In this document: positions 48,796-62,000 of the stretch, piece by piece
How positions within the stretch are numbered: the stretch's first letter is position 1
How the letters are laid out: each line of letters begins with the position of its first letter
NCBI GenBank assembly: GCA_013239625.1
Contig: MU056737.1
Span: forward strand, 2,683,846-2,747,845
Origin: Lama guanicoe
Lineage: Eukaryota
DNA length: 64,000 nt
Direction of reading: 5' to 3'
Position numbers and translations under genes: made by a program
Notes under the pieces: generated by a model
Seen by the model: the letters and a program-made list of their open reading frames with translations, nothing else
Database searches by the model: none
What the model was told of the DNA's origin: nothing

Positions 48796-50241
48796 GCACT
48801 CCCCGTGGCTGACCGCGCTCACCTTTGGAACCCCACCCTGCCCTCGCTCGGAACTTCAGGGCCGTTTCCAACCGCCCGCTCCACGTCTCTCTTAAAGTGT
48901 CAGACTGCGGTTCTTAGGCAAAGTGAATGAGCGTGTGTCGGGGGCTTTATTCAACTCACTAATTATTAACAAGAGCGCCAGTGCGGTGTGAGACCCAGTC
49001 CAAAGGCGCTGGAGGAGCTCGGTGTATGCGGACAGTCCGACGAGGATGTAAGCATAAGTTTGGGGCTTACCGGTCCGCCAGGGCCCTAACCTTAACCCTA
49101 GGGGGTCTGGCCCACCAGACAAAATCCACGTGAGACACCCACCCCCATGGTCACCCAGGCCTGCACGGGAGGAGTGCCCGGCTGTGCTGATAAAACAAAC
49201 GCCCTTGTGTGCTGGTTTCCGCGGGCCTTGGCGGAGCTGTGGAGCTGGGAGGGGAGTTAAGATGTGGCAGGTGCCCGGCGGGGTCCTTCTGAGGACGGGT
49301 CGTGCTGCACGGGCATGTGTCTTTATTCTCCTCCAAACACCGGGTTAACATGTCGCTCATCCGCGGCCCGGGCGCTCGTCCTGACTGTCGGTGGCATCGG
49401 GGCACGAGGGGGTTACCGAGCCTGAGGACGGAAGCTGGTGCTGCTGCGTCCCCAGCGCTCCTGGGCCAGGGGACGGCTCTTGCCGCCCACCACCCCTTCC
49501 ATGACCTGTCAGAGGCCAAAGTCAAACAAGGCCACTTTTCCTTTATTTGACGTCAGTGAGTTCACGTGACTCGCCAGTACCGAGACCCAGGTCTGCCCGG
49601 CTCCTGCGCACCATCCTTCCCGGTCAGCACGAGCGTTCTCGTCCATTTGCTCTTTTTTAACCTAATCCCCCAGCTCCCCCGCCCCATCGTAGGCACCTAT
49701 TTAAGATGTATTTGGGTACCTTTCCCCCGTCAGTGTTTGTAAAACATACTGTTGTGTGTGTGTCCCTACTTCACGCACATGGCATTGTGATGCAGATACA
49801 GATAACAGTTACATAAAGGTGTGTGCGCATGTGCACGTGCGTGCGGGTGGATCTGTCTCCTCTCCTCCGCTCAGCGCTCTGCGGGGACCTCGCATGTGTC
49901 CGTGTGGCTCACTGCTTCTAGCTGCGCAGCAACTCGGTTTCTGCAAATTCGCAGGAAGCTTTCATTCTCGGGGGCCCTCTGCCTCCAGGCTCCTCCTCCA
50001 CGTGCACTGCCCGTGACACCCCCCCTTTCTGAACCCGAGAGGAAACCCAGCTTCTCTCTGTCCAGTCTATACAAAGTATGGACTCGCTGGGAGACTGGTA
50101 TATTGAATCCAGTCAGGGTTTTATTCAGGATTAAGGCCTTTATTCAGGATTAAGGGGAAGACAGAGGTATTCAGAGCGGTGGAAACATCACAGAAAAACA
50201 GGGTCCACGTCCTAGTGACCCGAGCATCCCCCGTCAAAGTC

Positions 50242-50465
50242 TCACCATCACCACCTCCACTGCCACCGCCACCACCGCCACTGTCGCCACCACCACTGCC
50301 ACTGTCACCGCCACCACCTCCACTGCCACCGCCACCACCTCCACTGTCACCATCACCACCTCCACTGCCACCACCTCCACTGCCACCACCTCTACTGCCA
50401 CCGCCACCACCTCCACTGTCTGCCACCACCATCCCACCACTGCCACCATCACTGCCACCACCACC
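50242..50465. repeat. (CCA)-based low-complexity repeat with 21/15-bp higher-order units
   Basis: Units such as ccactgccaccgccaccacct and ccactgtcaccatcaccacct. Confidence 0.95.
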
Positions 50466-50664
50466 TGGCCTGCCCATCATGCACTTTTAATTAGGGATAG
50501 AACCAAGACTTGAACACAAGACCCTGACCAACCCACCACTCATGTCATTGTCCACGAGCTGTCACGCCTACCGCGTTTCACTCTGTGCTTAAACTTTCAG
50601 GTGCACACAATACACCAGAAGGCAGTTTCAATAAATCTCTCCTTCCTGGTTTCCTTCTTCGGGG

Positions 50665-50725
50665 GTGTGGCCTGGGTTTGGGGGCTTTTTAAGGCTCCCC
50701 AGGTGATTCCTAACTGCGGCCAAGG
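50665..50725. mobile_element. MER5A-like fragment
   Basis: ggggtgtggcctggg..tttttaaggctccccaggtgattcctaa. Confidence 0.55.
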
Positions 50726-53700
50726 CGCAAAGCCCTTTCCGGCAGCAGTGGTTCACCTGGGAGGGAAGGGCTGTCTCATTTTCAGATTAAGGAACATGCC
50801 CGCAGTTCCGGCCCTGAGTCTGCCATCCTGCTGACGTACTTCTAGTCTTTTGTCTTTAGGTTAATGACTGTGGGAAGGTACTTGTTTTATCTGAATGTGA
50901 CTTCCAAATTTATTTGGATTACTTGGAAATGTTCTGGGTATGAATTGCATAAATCACCTGAATGCCCTCGGAGCTAGACCTGGCTCTGTGTTACCTCCTG
51001 TGTTAAAGTAACGACCTGGTACCAAAATACTCAAATGAAGTAATCTTGGGGAGCAGCTTGAGGGGACTGGCCCAGCCCGACCGCCCTTGTGTTTGCGATA
51101 TCAGACCAGGCTGTGCTCTTTGTTACCCAAGGCGGCTAGAAGCTCTTCGCGGGCCGCGCAGGAGTGTAGAAGCTCCCAGCTGGAGCAGTGACAGGTCTTT
51201 ATTCTGTTGATGCATCGGAGAGGGAGTTCTCAATGTCACTATTGATCACAAGAATCAATTTTAAAAAATGTCCAGTGCTTTAGAAGCCTGGAAATCTGAG
51301 TCTTGGATGTCCAGATAAATAAATTTCTGGGGAAGAACGCATGTTTTACTTTGCCGTGGTCCGTGTTTGGGATAGAAGCCGGATCGCTCTGAAGACACTG
51401 TAGGTCGATTTGCAAGCAGTGATCAGTGTTCATCAGACGTACAGACCAGGAGACGTCAGAAAAGTAAAACGGGACTCTGCCTTCCTGTCTCCGTAAGTAA
51501 GACGCCTCTGTTGGCCAACAAGCTCTTTCAGCCAGCAAAAGTGTTGACACTTGAAGAGGTCAGTGGCACACCGGGCAAGGGCTTCCCCGGCCGCATCACA
51601 GGCCGGGTGAGCGGGTGACAGCGAACGCAGAGGGCTTAGTGAGAGTTCTCCCTCACGGACGACAGCGAATCCGGAGCATGGACCTGACGGCGTCTGCCGG
51701 AGAACGGGACTTGGCAGCCTCTACCGGCCCTCACGTGACGCGCGTCCAGCGTGCAGTACGGCTGGCGAGCGGGCGTCCCAGGTACCACGGCGGCAGCTCA
51801 GCCTCCCCCGCCTAAGGGCCTCCTGTCTCCGGGCCCCCGTTGCTGGAAGTGCTCTGAAAATTCCTCTTACCTATCTCCCCTGCATTTCCTCCACAACGTA
51901 CGAGAGGCAGGCGACTTGTTCAGAATCGCGGCTGACTGACTCCGGGCCAGGCTTGGCATCCAGGTGTCCGAGTCTGGCGTCCCGTTCGCTTCTGTGCTGT
52001 CGGTTCAAAGCACCGAGCTCTCGGGGTCTCTGTAGGCAGACCCTTTCCCGCCACCCGGCCCTGTGCGCCTGCTTCTCATCATCGGGGCCAGTGTCTGAGA
52101 GCCTGCTCTGAGCCGGGCCCCCTCCCCAGAGGCACTGCTGAGGGGATGGACGGCTGTGTCCTACACCCTCGGCAGGTGGGGTTCCTGAGGACCGAGCTCT
52201 TCCCGTCCCTCCCGCCGGCGTTCGCACGAGTCTCTTCTGCCCTGTCCCTCGGGTCTGAGTACAAGTCGGAGGAAGCTACGTTCCTGCGTCTTTGGAGCTG
52301 AGTCACAAACGCTCTCGGGCCTGTGAGGCTGCCCGTAGGGGCCCTCGCACACAGAAGGCGGCCGTCCCCGGATGTCCTTGGAGGGACAAAGCCCACGTGC
52401 TGCCGTAAGTATTGCCAGTTGGGGTTACTCCTCAGGCCTGATGGCCTTTCCCCTGGGAGAGCCCACGCACTGAAGGGTGATTATGTCAGGGAAAAACACC
52501 TAGACTTTGACAGGGAGAGACTTCACCTTGAAAGACAGATGATCGCACCGGGGAGGACACACCGCCTCAGAAATCCGTCTCACAGTCTCACTGGAACGGG
52601 GCAAAGGAGGTTCAGGGGGTGGGCAGGGTCTGTGGAGGGAGGCCGGGCGGGCGGACGGGGCGGCCCCGTGGTCAGCTGGTTCCGGGAGCAGCTGGGGGGG
52701 CAGCTCCCGCTCCGGGGCTGCGCTCGCTCGGGCTGGGCCCGCAGCGGTCAGGGGCCTGCGGGGAGGGGTGGCCTGACTCGCCTGGTCAAGAGAGGGCGGT
52801 GGGCGAGCGAGGGCCCTTGGCCGGCTGTGACACAGCACAACTCAAGGGGGATTTGGAGGAGGGGACGGCAGAGGTTTAGCATAAGGTGCCTGTCCCACCA
52901 CCAGGACGGGGTGGGGGTGGGGGCGCCAGGGGCTGGGGGGGAACCAGGGCCGGAAACTCAGGCTGCTGGGGGGGGGCGTGCCCGCGGGAGAGAGGGCCCG
53001 AGCGGGCCTTGCCGGGGCCGTGGCTGCGGGTCTGGCAGAGCTCGGTGCGGCCGAGACGGTGGGGACGTGTCTGTCAGCACAGCATGTGGCCCTGCTCAGG
53101 CCCGTGAGGAAGTGGAGCCAGTGCCGGGCAGGGGCAGTCAGGCCCTGCAGAGAGCTGGGTGCTGCTCTGACCTGCCCGAGCCCAGAGGCGGCCTTCAGAC
53201 TCACTCCCTGCCCAAGGCGGGAACCGGGTCCGTGGGCGTCTCGGGGCCTTCCCGGCTCGGGGTCCGTCAGGTCTCCGAGCACTACCCTGTCTGGGAGCCT
53301 CTGCGGTGGCCTCACCCTCAGGGTCCGGGGAAAGGGCAACTGTGGGCAGGGGCTCTCGTGGCCCCTCTGTGTTCTGTCTGTGTCCTCGTAGGTGACAGAG
53401 TGATGCCAATGGTGTTTAGACAAAGCTCCACTCAGAACGGTGGGGAGGAAGCCCACCAGGCTGGTGACACTGGGTCCCTGTTACCGTCCCAGGCCTGAAG
53501 GGGCAAGGGGAGGAGCCGCACCAGAGCCGGGGGACAGAGAGCCACGTGGAGCAGGTCACCAGCAGGGCTGGAACCTGAGTCAGCAGCAGGGCTGTGGGGG
53601 TACGTGGAAATGGATACCCACCCGCCCTTTCGCCTTCTCCTCCTGGTGCTTCCAGGGGGCAACAACCAGAGTCCCCGATGCCCTCTGTCCGGGTGAGCCC

Positions 53701-56199
53701 ACCCTCCCCCAGCACAGGGGCTGGAAAAGACAGGGGGGCACAGAGGCACATGGAAGACATCCAGCGGGTCCTCACGCAGCACCAGGGGCACAGTGCCATG
53801 GAGGCTGGGTTTATATTATGAGTGGACAGGTCAGGTGTGTGGGTGGAGGATGGATGAGGGACGGAGGGACAGATGGACAGACTGATGGACAGAGGGACGG
53901 ATGGGTGCTGAGTGCGTGACAGTGCAGGGCTAGAGAAGGGGTGGCATGAGATTTGCCCCCACCCGTCCTGATCCCTTACTGTTCAAAGCGTATAGACTGT
54001 TGAACGAGGAGGTCCCCAAGGTGATGCCTCCCCACCATTGTAGGCAGCCCCCCAGCCGGGAGGGAGAGGCAGCGGGGTCCGCTCCTGCACTGCAAGTGGC
54101 ATGATGGAGCCACAGCTAACAGTGGTTTGTCTCACAGAGGCATCACTCTTGTCTTTTGCAAAGTGCAGCCGCCTGCAGATATTCTGGTGCAGTTATGTGG
54201 CTGCTCCAGGGCATCTCAGACGGGGAACTGGACGCATCGTCGCACTCAGCGCTTGGCGCTTGGTGTCATTTCAATCTGCTCAACGATGCCTTCTACTAAA
54301 GCACGTAAGTTTTTTTAAAAAATTTGTCCCTCAAAGTATTTTTTGGCTCCAGCTTAAACCAGGGAGTCAACATCCCTGGGAAACGCGCGTCGATCACGGG
54401 CTCTTTGTTTCACCAGCGAGGCAAGCCTTGCATTCCCTGGCCCTCTGCTGCCACACGGCTGTCAGAACCTCGGCCAGAACTCAGAGAACCAAGAAGTGAC
54501 ATGACGCATTAATCCCTGCGAAAGAGACCGTGCTCTATTCATATTTTATGGCAAACAAATGGACTAATAAAAAATTCATATACTGCTCAGCAGGAGGAGT
54601 CACTGTATTTTGATTTGAAGGCACATTTGGCTGCAGATTCACGAGACGGTCGTAGTATTTTCTCAGCCAAGCTGTGCTTTTCAACAAGGGCTGTTCCCTG
54701 TGCCCCCGCTTCCTGTGAGGGTGGTCCTCACCCTGGGCCGAGGTTCGTGGTTCCTGTGTCTGGCCCCCCACACACTGTGAGCTCCCCTAAGGCAAGGCTT
54801 CGGGCCTTTGCGTCGCCGGCACCTGGACCCTTGTCTGCTGCACGCTGAGCCCTGGCTACGTGCTCTTTGGGTGAGCACATACATCGATGGGCAGGTGAAG
54901 GGCTTTATAATAGAAAATTGGTAGCACTTCTTCCAGAAATCTTTGCTTCCTGTTAATGGTTTGGTAGCGTGTTCTTTTTTAAAATGCAGTTTCTACAATT
55001 TTCAAAATAAGATGCTTTATTTTCTGTGATCATCAGAATGCTTCTGTGTCTCCCTTCATCTCAACGTTGGATCAACCCTTGTGTCTTTCAAAGCCCGGCT
55101 CCACCTCGTCTTAAATTATTCTGCCTCAGACCCCATTTTCTCCTCTCCTTTAACTGCGACCACATGCCTCTTTATTCTAAAGCACTGTATCTGCCTACCG
55201 GCATGCTTATTCACTCAGAGCGTCGCGCGAGGGCAGGGGTGGGGAGAGACGCATGGCCACGTGGAGCGCTGTGGGCTGCTCACCAGGCACCACCTCGCTT
55301 GGTGGTCCTCAAACCAGGGCAGCAGTGGCCTCGCCTGGGCCCTTGTTAAACCGTTCAGCGGGTCTGGGGTGAGGCCCGAGAGCTAGGATGTCCAGCACTT
55401 CCCGGGGCTGCTGGTCTGGGGACCCCACAGGGACCACCGGTTGGGTGCAGAGACCGTTTCCCCGCCATGCGCGCTTTGGGGGATTTTGCCGCTGACACCC
55501 CATGTCGTTTCTGCTCTGATCATTTCTCTTGGGACAGGCCCCGCCCCACCAAGTGCGGTGACAACCGGGGATGCCCTGTTCCTAGACGTACCCAGGCGGT
55601 GCCCAGGGCCCGCGGAGATGGCTCCCCCTCCCCCATCTCTGTCCTTGCTTCTTCCAGGCGGGAGTCAGCCCCTCAAGGTCCCCAAAGCAGCTCAGAGCTT
55701 GATCGCCGTTGAGAATACGTGTGAAGCCCTCGCCTGTCCCAGGTGTGTCGGGGGAGCCACCTCGGGCAACACTGACGGCAGGTCCCGGCCCCGGCCACAC
55801 TCCCCTCGTGACCATGTCCCTGGACAAAAAAGAGCAAGACTAATTTGCCGCCAAAGCATCGCGCTCACAGCATCTTCTCCCCCAGCTCGGTCCACGTATC
55901 CCCTGGCCGCCCATCCAGCCTGGTCTCACCACCTTTAAATAGATGCGGTTTTTCGTTGACTCATCAAATTACTTGGTGGGTGTTAAGTTGTTGTGTGCTG
56001 TTGCTCATCCGCCCCCTCCTGCCCGTTGTCTTGTCATGTCAATACACTTCTTGAGGAGCTTGAGGAAAATGTCTTGTTCTTGTGAGCTCAGCCCGGCCAG
56101 GAGCACCCAGAGCGGCCCTGTCCCTGTGCGTCCGGAGGGCAGATGCCTCCCCTGCAGCCCCGCGGCGCCCGCCCGGGCTCCGCCTTGTCCGCAGCTCCA

Positions 56200-59100
56200 A
56201 TCGTTTATTGTTTGTCAGTTTTTATTTACTTGTAACTTTGTATTTCCTTTTTACCAATGTACTACATATTAATGCTTGAAAGTAAAATCACACAACAGGG
56301 GTTACAGGGAAAACAGCAATTCCTTCCTTACCCCCCACCCCAGAACAGAGATGGTGTTTAACTGTTTTCACTCTTTATCCTGGTGGCAACCATCATATTG
56401 CTAAGTGACCTGCTTGTTTCACTGTTTTTAAATTAATGTATGCATTCTTTTGTCTTTTTCTTATGATAGACAAGAAATTGTCTCATTTACCTCAACACCC
56501 CTCCCAGCTTCTCCATATATGCATTTTATTCCCTCCATTAGTTACCTTTATAAACTTAAATAATACTCTTGCAAGTTTGTCTCACAGCACATTAACTGCA
56601 GACAGGAATTTGTAACTCCCCAGTTTGTAAGATGGACCTAGAAGTCCTGCCCTTTCTGACAGGTTCCTTCCCTGTCCCACCACCTGGAAACTCCGTCATC
56701 TTTTTTATTTCTTCCATTTTTATATCATTGAGGTTGATGGCATTTGGATTCTGTCCTGAAACTGTAACTTAATTTTCCTTATTTATCTATAGGTTGATTC
56801 TAAAAGACTAAAATCAACAGCTAGCATTGACTTTATCATAAGTAATTGTCTTTCATGGTAGAGCTAAGCAGTAACCTGTGACTCTGTCTTTTTTTGTTTC
56901 AGCCTTTTGTTTTTCCTGGAGTTTTTAATTGTTTTTAGTTTTTACTTGAACCATTTGATTTTTTTCATACTTTCACATCTTTTCCCCAGACTTTATTAAG
57001 TATTCTGTTCATTGCCTTTTCCCCCAGATCTGTCTCTCCAAGTAGACTCCACTGCCCCACTCCAGTCTGGACTGGTTGTTCTGTATAACATCTGCACTGA
57101 TGCCATCCTGGGATGTCCCCTCACTGCTCTCCCAGGTTGGAGCCACTGTTTCTTAGATCCATGTCATCTTCTTTCTTGCTTTACTTTCACTTTTGTCTGA
57201 AGTATATCCTGCAGATGCTTTCCTAAGAAAGAACTGTGGGAAGTAAACTTTCTGAGGTCTTGAATATTTAAAAATGTCTCTTTTTTCTCACACTCTCTGA
57301 AAATGTTATCTGTATGTAGAATGGTAATTTGAAAAGGATTGTCCCTCCAATTTGGGGGTACAGTTTCATCTAGCATTCAGTGTTGCTGATGATAAATCTG
57401 ATGTTAATGTGACACTCATTCCTCTGTGGGTCATGTGCTTTTTCCCTCCTGGAAGATTTTTGAATGAAATGATATATCTAAATGTGGATGGGGCTTCTTT
57501 GTTTTTTTCATTCCTTATTTGTCTCATCTGGAGACTCTCAGATGACAGTGCTGTCCAGCCACATTTCTCAGTCCTGTACTGTATTGCACCTAGACCACCA
57601 AGTCCCCAGGATTCTCTCCGGGGGTTAATTCTGTCAGTATTTTAGGCCACTGCTTTTTCAGCCAGACTCACCCTCATTACTCTTTTGTCTGCTTCCTGAC
57701 TTCTGGAAATGTGGCGAAACCTTTCCTGCCGTCTTTACTAGTGTGGGTATATATTTATTTTATTCCTTCATTATCATCCAAATTACATTTCTGGAGGGAG
57801 AAGACATAAATAAATAAATGTGATAAACCCACCAACTTAAATTGGAAACTCCCAATGTACCCTTAATAACCTTTTTCTTATTTAACAAGTTCATCTCTGC
57901 ATTGTAGAAATAATCACTTGCCATTCCTCTGCCCTGAGGTAACTATTGTGAGCATTTTGATAGGTTTTCCTTTGAGATTTTTGTTTTGGAGAAGCATACG
58001 TGTTCTTTGTTGGCTTGATTTTTTTTTAATACTTAAGTCATTTTCCCAGCACTATTTGTTGTGTTAAGTCTTCCTTTCCCCACTGATTTGGGATAACACT
58101 GGTATTAAATATTAAATTCTTATATAAACTATTCTGTTCTGATGTAAACCATTGCGATTTGAGGCTATACATTACTTGTAGACCTCCTGACTGTGATGCA
58201 GCAAAAAGTCTGCAGCTACACAATACATGATTTCACTAACAACTCCTGGTATAAATCCACTCTCTCCGTCTTCCCTTTTAAGACCATCTTGGCCATGTTT
58301 ATCCTTTTCTTCTTATATGTGAACTTTAGAATTGTTTTGTTAGCCGCCCACCCCCCATCCCAGAAAAGAAACTCTTTGGTCTTTTTGTTAGAATTAAATT
58401 TTTTCCTTAAAGAAATACTAAGTATTCACCACATGTGGAGCACTATATAAAATACTACAGGAATAGAAGGAAATAAGGTGGTGTGGTCCTGCCCTCATGA
58501 AGCTTCAATCTAATCAGTTCGAGTCTCCGCAAGCTGACTGCTATCTGGAAGTTTCTCCTGTTTAGTCTCCTGCCCCAGGCCCTGGCGCGTTCGCGTTCCT
58601 GCAGCTTAGATGTAGTCTCTGTTTCTTCACCTGTGATGTGTGCTTCCTTTGTTTTTAATCTTCCTTAAAAGATTTACTACGTGTTTACAATTCTATGAAA
58701 TACTCACCCAATATTTCTTTTATTTTATTATTTTTATCCCTTAATCATTACTGTTGACATTTGCATTCAAATCTGTTATCAAATTGATGGTAGTTTGGGA
58801 CCAGCCGTGGGTGAGCTGGCTTTCGAGACCATCTTCTTGCATGTTAAGCTTTTAAGTCTGAGCCTTTAGTTTTGAATTGCCTTTAGTGCAGGGTATGTTC
58901 AAGTGGAAGATCTGCTTTAAATAAGAACATATTGGTTTTTAAAAACACATTGAAGGATTAAATATCATTAGACCTAGAACAGTGGAGAAACTTGATTATC
59001 AGCCTAAATTGTTACCCTTTCTCAAACCTTGTGTCCTTATTCCTAGGTGGCTGTGGCATTTCTTTTTGGTAGATCTCTAAGATTCTCTCTGAGCGTTTTT

Positions 59101-59470
59101 AGGTGTTTTACTGATTTTCCTGGAATGTGGAAAACGCTTTAATCTGCGTTTCTCCGTCTCTGCTGTGTCTTTGATGATTGCTTCTCTCCCCATCACTCTG
59201 GTTCCTCTGCGAGAAGCACCTGCATCCCCAGCGGAGAGCACCATCCACCCTCCTCCGTCTCCCTCAGTGACCCCTGCCTCTGCTGTCCGGGGAAGCTTCC
59301 CAGAATTTCCTTGATTCCTCTGAATCCAGTTTCTCTAATTTTCCATTTCAGTTCCTTGCAGGCTCCTCGTCCACTTCTTTCATCTCACCTTGTATTTCTA
59401 CAGTTAACATCCTCCTTCTGTGTTTTCAGTATGTGTGGTTCTCCTGACCTTCCTAATTCTCTACCCCAGG
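56200..59470 (-). mobile_element. Cluster of old L1M fragments (5'/ORF1-like and ORF2-like), AT-rich
   Basis: T-rich block containing gtaaactttctgaggtcttg, gttgctgatgataaatctgatg, ttttcccagcactatttgttg and ccatcttggccatgtttatcc..atgtgaactttagaat. Confidence 0.7.
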
Positions 59471-59550
59471 AAGGAGGGCTCCCCCAACACCGGATACCTG
59501 GCAGCGGACAGGATGCGAGGGTCACGTTGGATGCCTCTCCCTGGGCTTTT

Positions 59551-59684
59551 GGGTGATGGGGGCCCCTGCTCGGGTGATGGGTGACCCCTCTCGGGTGATG
59601 GGGGACCCCTGTTCAGGTGATGGGGGCCCCTGCTCGGGTGATGGCAGAACCCTGCTCGGGTGATGGGGACGCCTGCTCGGGTGA
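59551..59684. repeat. 21-22 bp minisatellite (GGGTGATGGGGGCCCCTGCTC), ~6.3 units
   Basis: Units start at 59551, 59572, 59593, 59615, 59636, 59658 and 59679. Confidence 0.95.
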
Positions 59685-61199
59685 ATTCGGGGAAGTGTGC
59701 TCTAACCCGAATCCATCTGGGTGGCTCTGCTGGGCTGAGTTGAGCTTTTCCTCCACCTTCTTTAGAATATTTTTTGACATTCTAAGTCCTTGGGTGTCCA
59801 TGAAAAATTGTGATCACCGAGGTGGTAGAGGTTTGGGTCCCCAGATCTTGGCCCTGTGGGCCCAGTGCCTGAGGATAAGACAAAGCGGGAAGGAAGTCGC
59901 CTCCTTGTGCTCCCCGCTGGCTGGTTCACACGGTGACGTAGACTCAGGCAGCCGAATTTCTCCCGCCTCCATCCGTGTGACAGCCAGAGACTCAACGTCC
60001 TTTTTTAGTGAGACGGTGACTCTTCCCCTCGTGTGTGTATTTGTAGGCACGTGGGCACAGAGACGGTAAGGGAAAGGCTGCCTCCAGTCTGCTGAGCAGC
60101 CTGGCCGTGTGCTGGACCTCCACGTTCTCCTGGAGTCCACACTCACGTCCACGTGTTTGTGTCCTGTGGGACAGCCAAACAGACCCCCCCAAATGGTCAG
60201 CAGCAGCTGGACACAGGCCTGGCCGGGCCCTTGATGCCGGGCTGACAACCAGAGTCTACGCCACTGTCCCGCGTTGAACCACTGGTCTAACAGCCATGAA
60301 GTAAGAAAAGCGGGCAACCTCGCAGGTGTCGGAGGAACGGTTCGCGTTCTCGGCAAGGCTTTCTGCTTAGGGACAGCGTCGCTACATGGGTACACGTTTT
60401 ATTTTCCTTTCCAGTAACGTGGGGTCTGACTACAAAACCTGGCACAAAGGACGTCATTCTGCCCAAAGCGTCACCTCCTTGGGGAGGTGGCCTCACCGGT
60501 CTGCTGCTGGTGCGCCTTCAAGGTCAGCTGCCTGGCGGGAAACCTTCCTCCCTGCGAGCTGACCTGATTTTTTAAAATAAGCAAAACTAATTTAGAACCA
60601 AGTCTAGACATTGATGCAAGTCGTGGAATAGGAAACATTGATTCGAAACGAGATGTTACTCTCCGGATGGTGAGACCTGGGTGACTGTGACGTTCTGAGA
60701 GTGACTCAGGTGAAAGGTCCCCGAGCCATGTGGCACAGGGACACGGTGGGACGGCGGGTGCCACTGCCCGAGGTGAGGAGGCACACTTACCTCTGAGAGG
60801 TTATTACAGTATCTTTACAGAGTCCTTAATGATTTTGATTGTTTCAAAGGCTTTAAAAAATACTTCTTGTTGTATTTCATCACCATAAAATCTCTAAAGG
60901 CGCCGCCAGATTTTTGGGGGAAAAAAAAAAAACAGATGAAGGAACTGAGGGTGCAGGTTCTAGATAAATTAGCTGCAGGACCAAAGCTCCCCCAGCCCCG
61001 GCCGGATCTGTGCCCTGCCCCTCCCGCAGGTGAGGTGCCAAGCCCAGGCCGGGTCCCTGGGGACTAGGCCAAGTGGGCCCACCCTTCACCGTCCTAATTT
61101 GCAGTATGATTGTTTCTTTCCCTTTGTAAAACATGTCTCACATCACAAATTTGGAAAGTTAAAATAAAAGAGAGACTGTAGCACCCGCTCTGCCTGGAC

Positions 61200-62000
61200 A
61201 CGTGGCCTCCCTCCTCCAAGGCAGCAAACCCTGCAGTCCCGGCCCCGGCTTGCCCGGCGCCTCCGTGCCTCCTGCCGACGACTCCGACGCGAGCGGTAAA
61301 CNNNNNNNNNNNNNNNNNNNNNNNNNNNNNNNNNNNNNNNNNNNNNNNNNNNNNNNNNNNNNNNNNNNNNNNNNNNNNNNNNNNNNNNNNNNNNNNNNNN
61401 NNNNNNNNNNNNNNNNNNNNNNNNNNNNNNNNNNNNNNNNNNNNNNNNNNNNNNNNNNNNNNNNNNNNNNNNNNNNNNNNNNNNNNNNNNNNNNNNNNNN
61501 NNNNNNNNNNNNNNNNNNNNNNNNNNNNNNNNNNNNNNNNNNNNNNNNNNNNNNNNNNNNNNNNNNNNNNNNNNNNNNNNNNCCCCCCTCCCCGAGCGCC
61601 GCCGCCCCGCTGCCCCCCCCTCCTAGGTGACCTCCGGCCACCCGGCCGCCTGCAGCAAGAACCCGTTCGGTCAGGTTAACCAGAACCCCGCCTCCCTCGC
61701 GCTCCCTCGCGGTGATGCTCCGCCCAGACCCCGCCCCGCTCCGCGGCGGCAGCGCCCGTTTTCCTGTGTGGTCTCCCTGCCGCTGCGAACCCCCGCTGCT
61801 CGCGACCCCAGCAGCAGTCCCAACGGCGCTGAACAAAGTCGCCTTAACAAGGTCAGGGTAACTTTTCCTTCATATTTGGCCCAAGTGAAGATTGTGCAAA
61901 AGAGCACCATGAAAACCAGGAGGCAGAGAACGAAGGAGTGTTTCCAGCGATCGGAGACAGGCCCCCCGGGCAGCGCGGGGGCCGAGGAGAGGACACTCGT
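61200..62000. promoter_or_regulatory. Intronic CpG island interrupted by an assembly gap
   Basis: CpG-dense, promoter-like sequence on both sides of N run 61302-61582 (gccgacgactccgacgcgagcgg; cgagcgccgccgccccgc; ccccgccccgctccgcggcggc). Confidence 0.7.
61302..61582. other. Assembly gap (N run)
   Basis: Read directly from sequence. Confidence 1.

Noticed and set aside
50121-50490. Poly-Gly, poly-Pro and Val-rich ORFs resembling formin, extensin or loricrin
   Set aside because: Translations of a simple triplet repeat; no flanking domain or exon evidence.
52323-53498. Longest ORF in the track (391 aa)
   Set aside because: Starts at GTG, is G/R/A/P-rich with no recognisable domain, and has overlapping ORFs in other frames. 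Expected from stop-codon scarcity in very GC-rich intron.
59551-59684. CRISPR-like array
   Set aside because: Head-to-tail repeats with no unique spacers, in mammalian DNA: a minisatellite.
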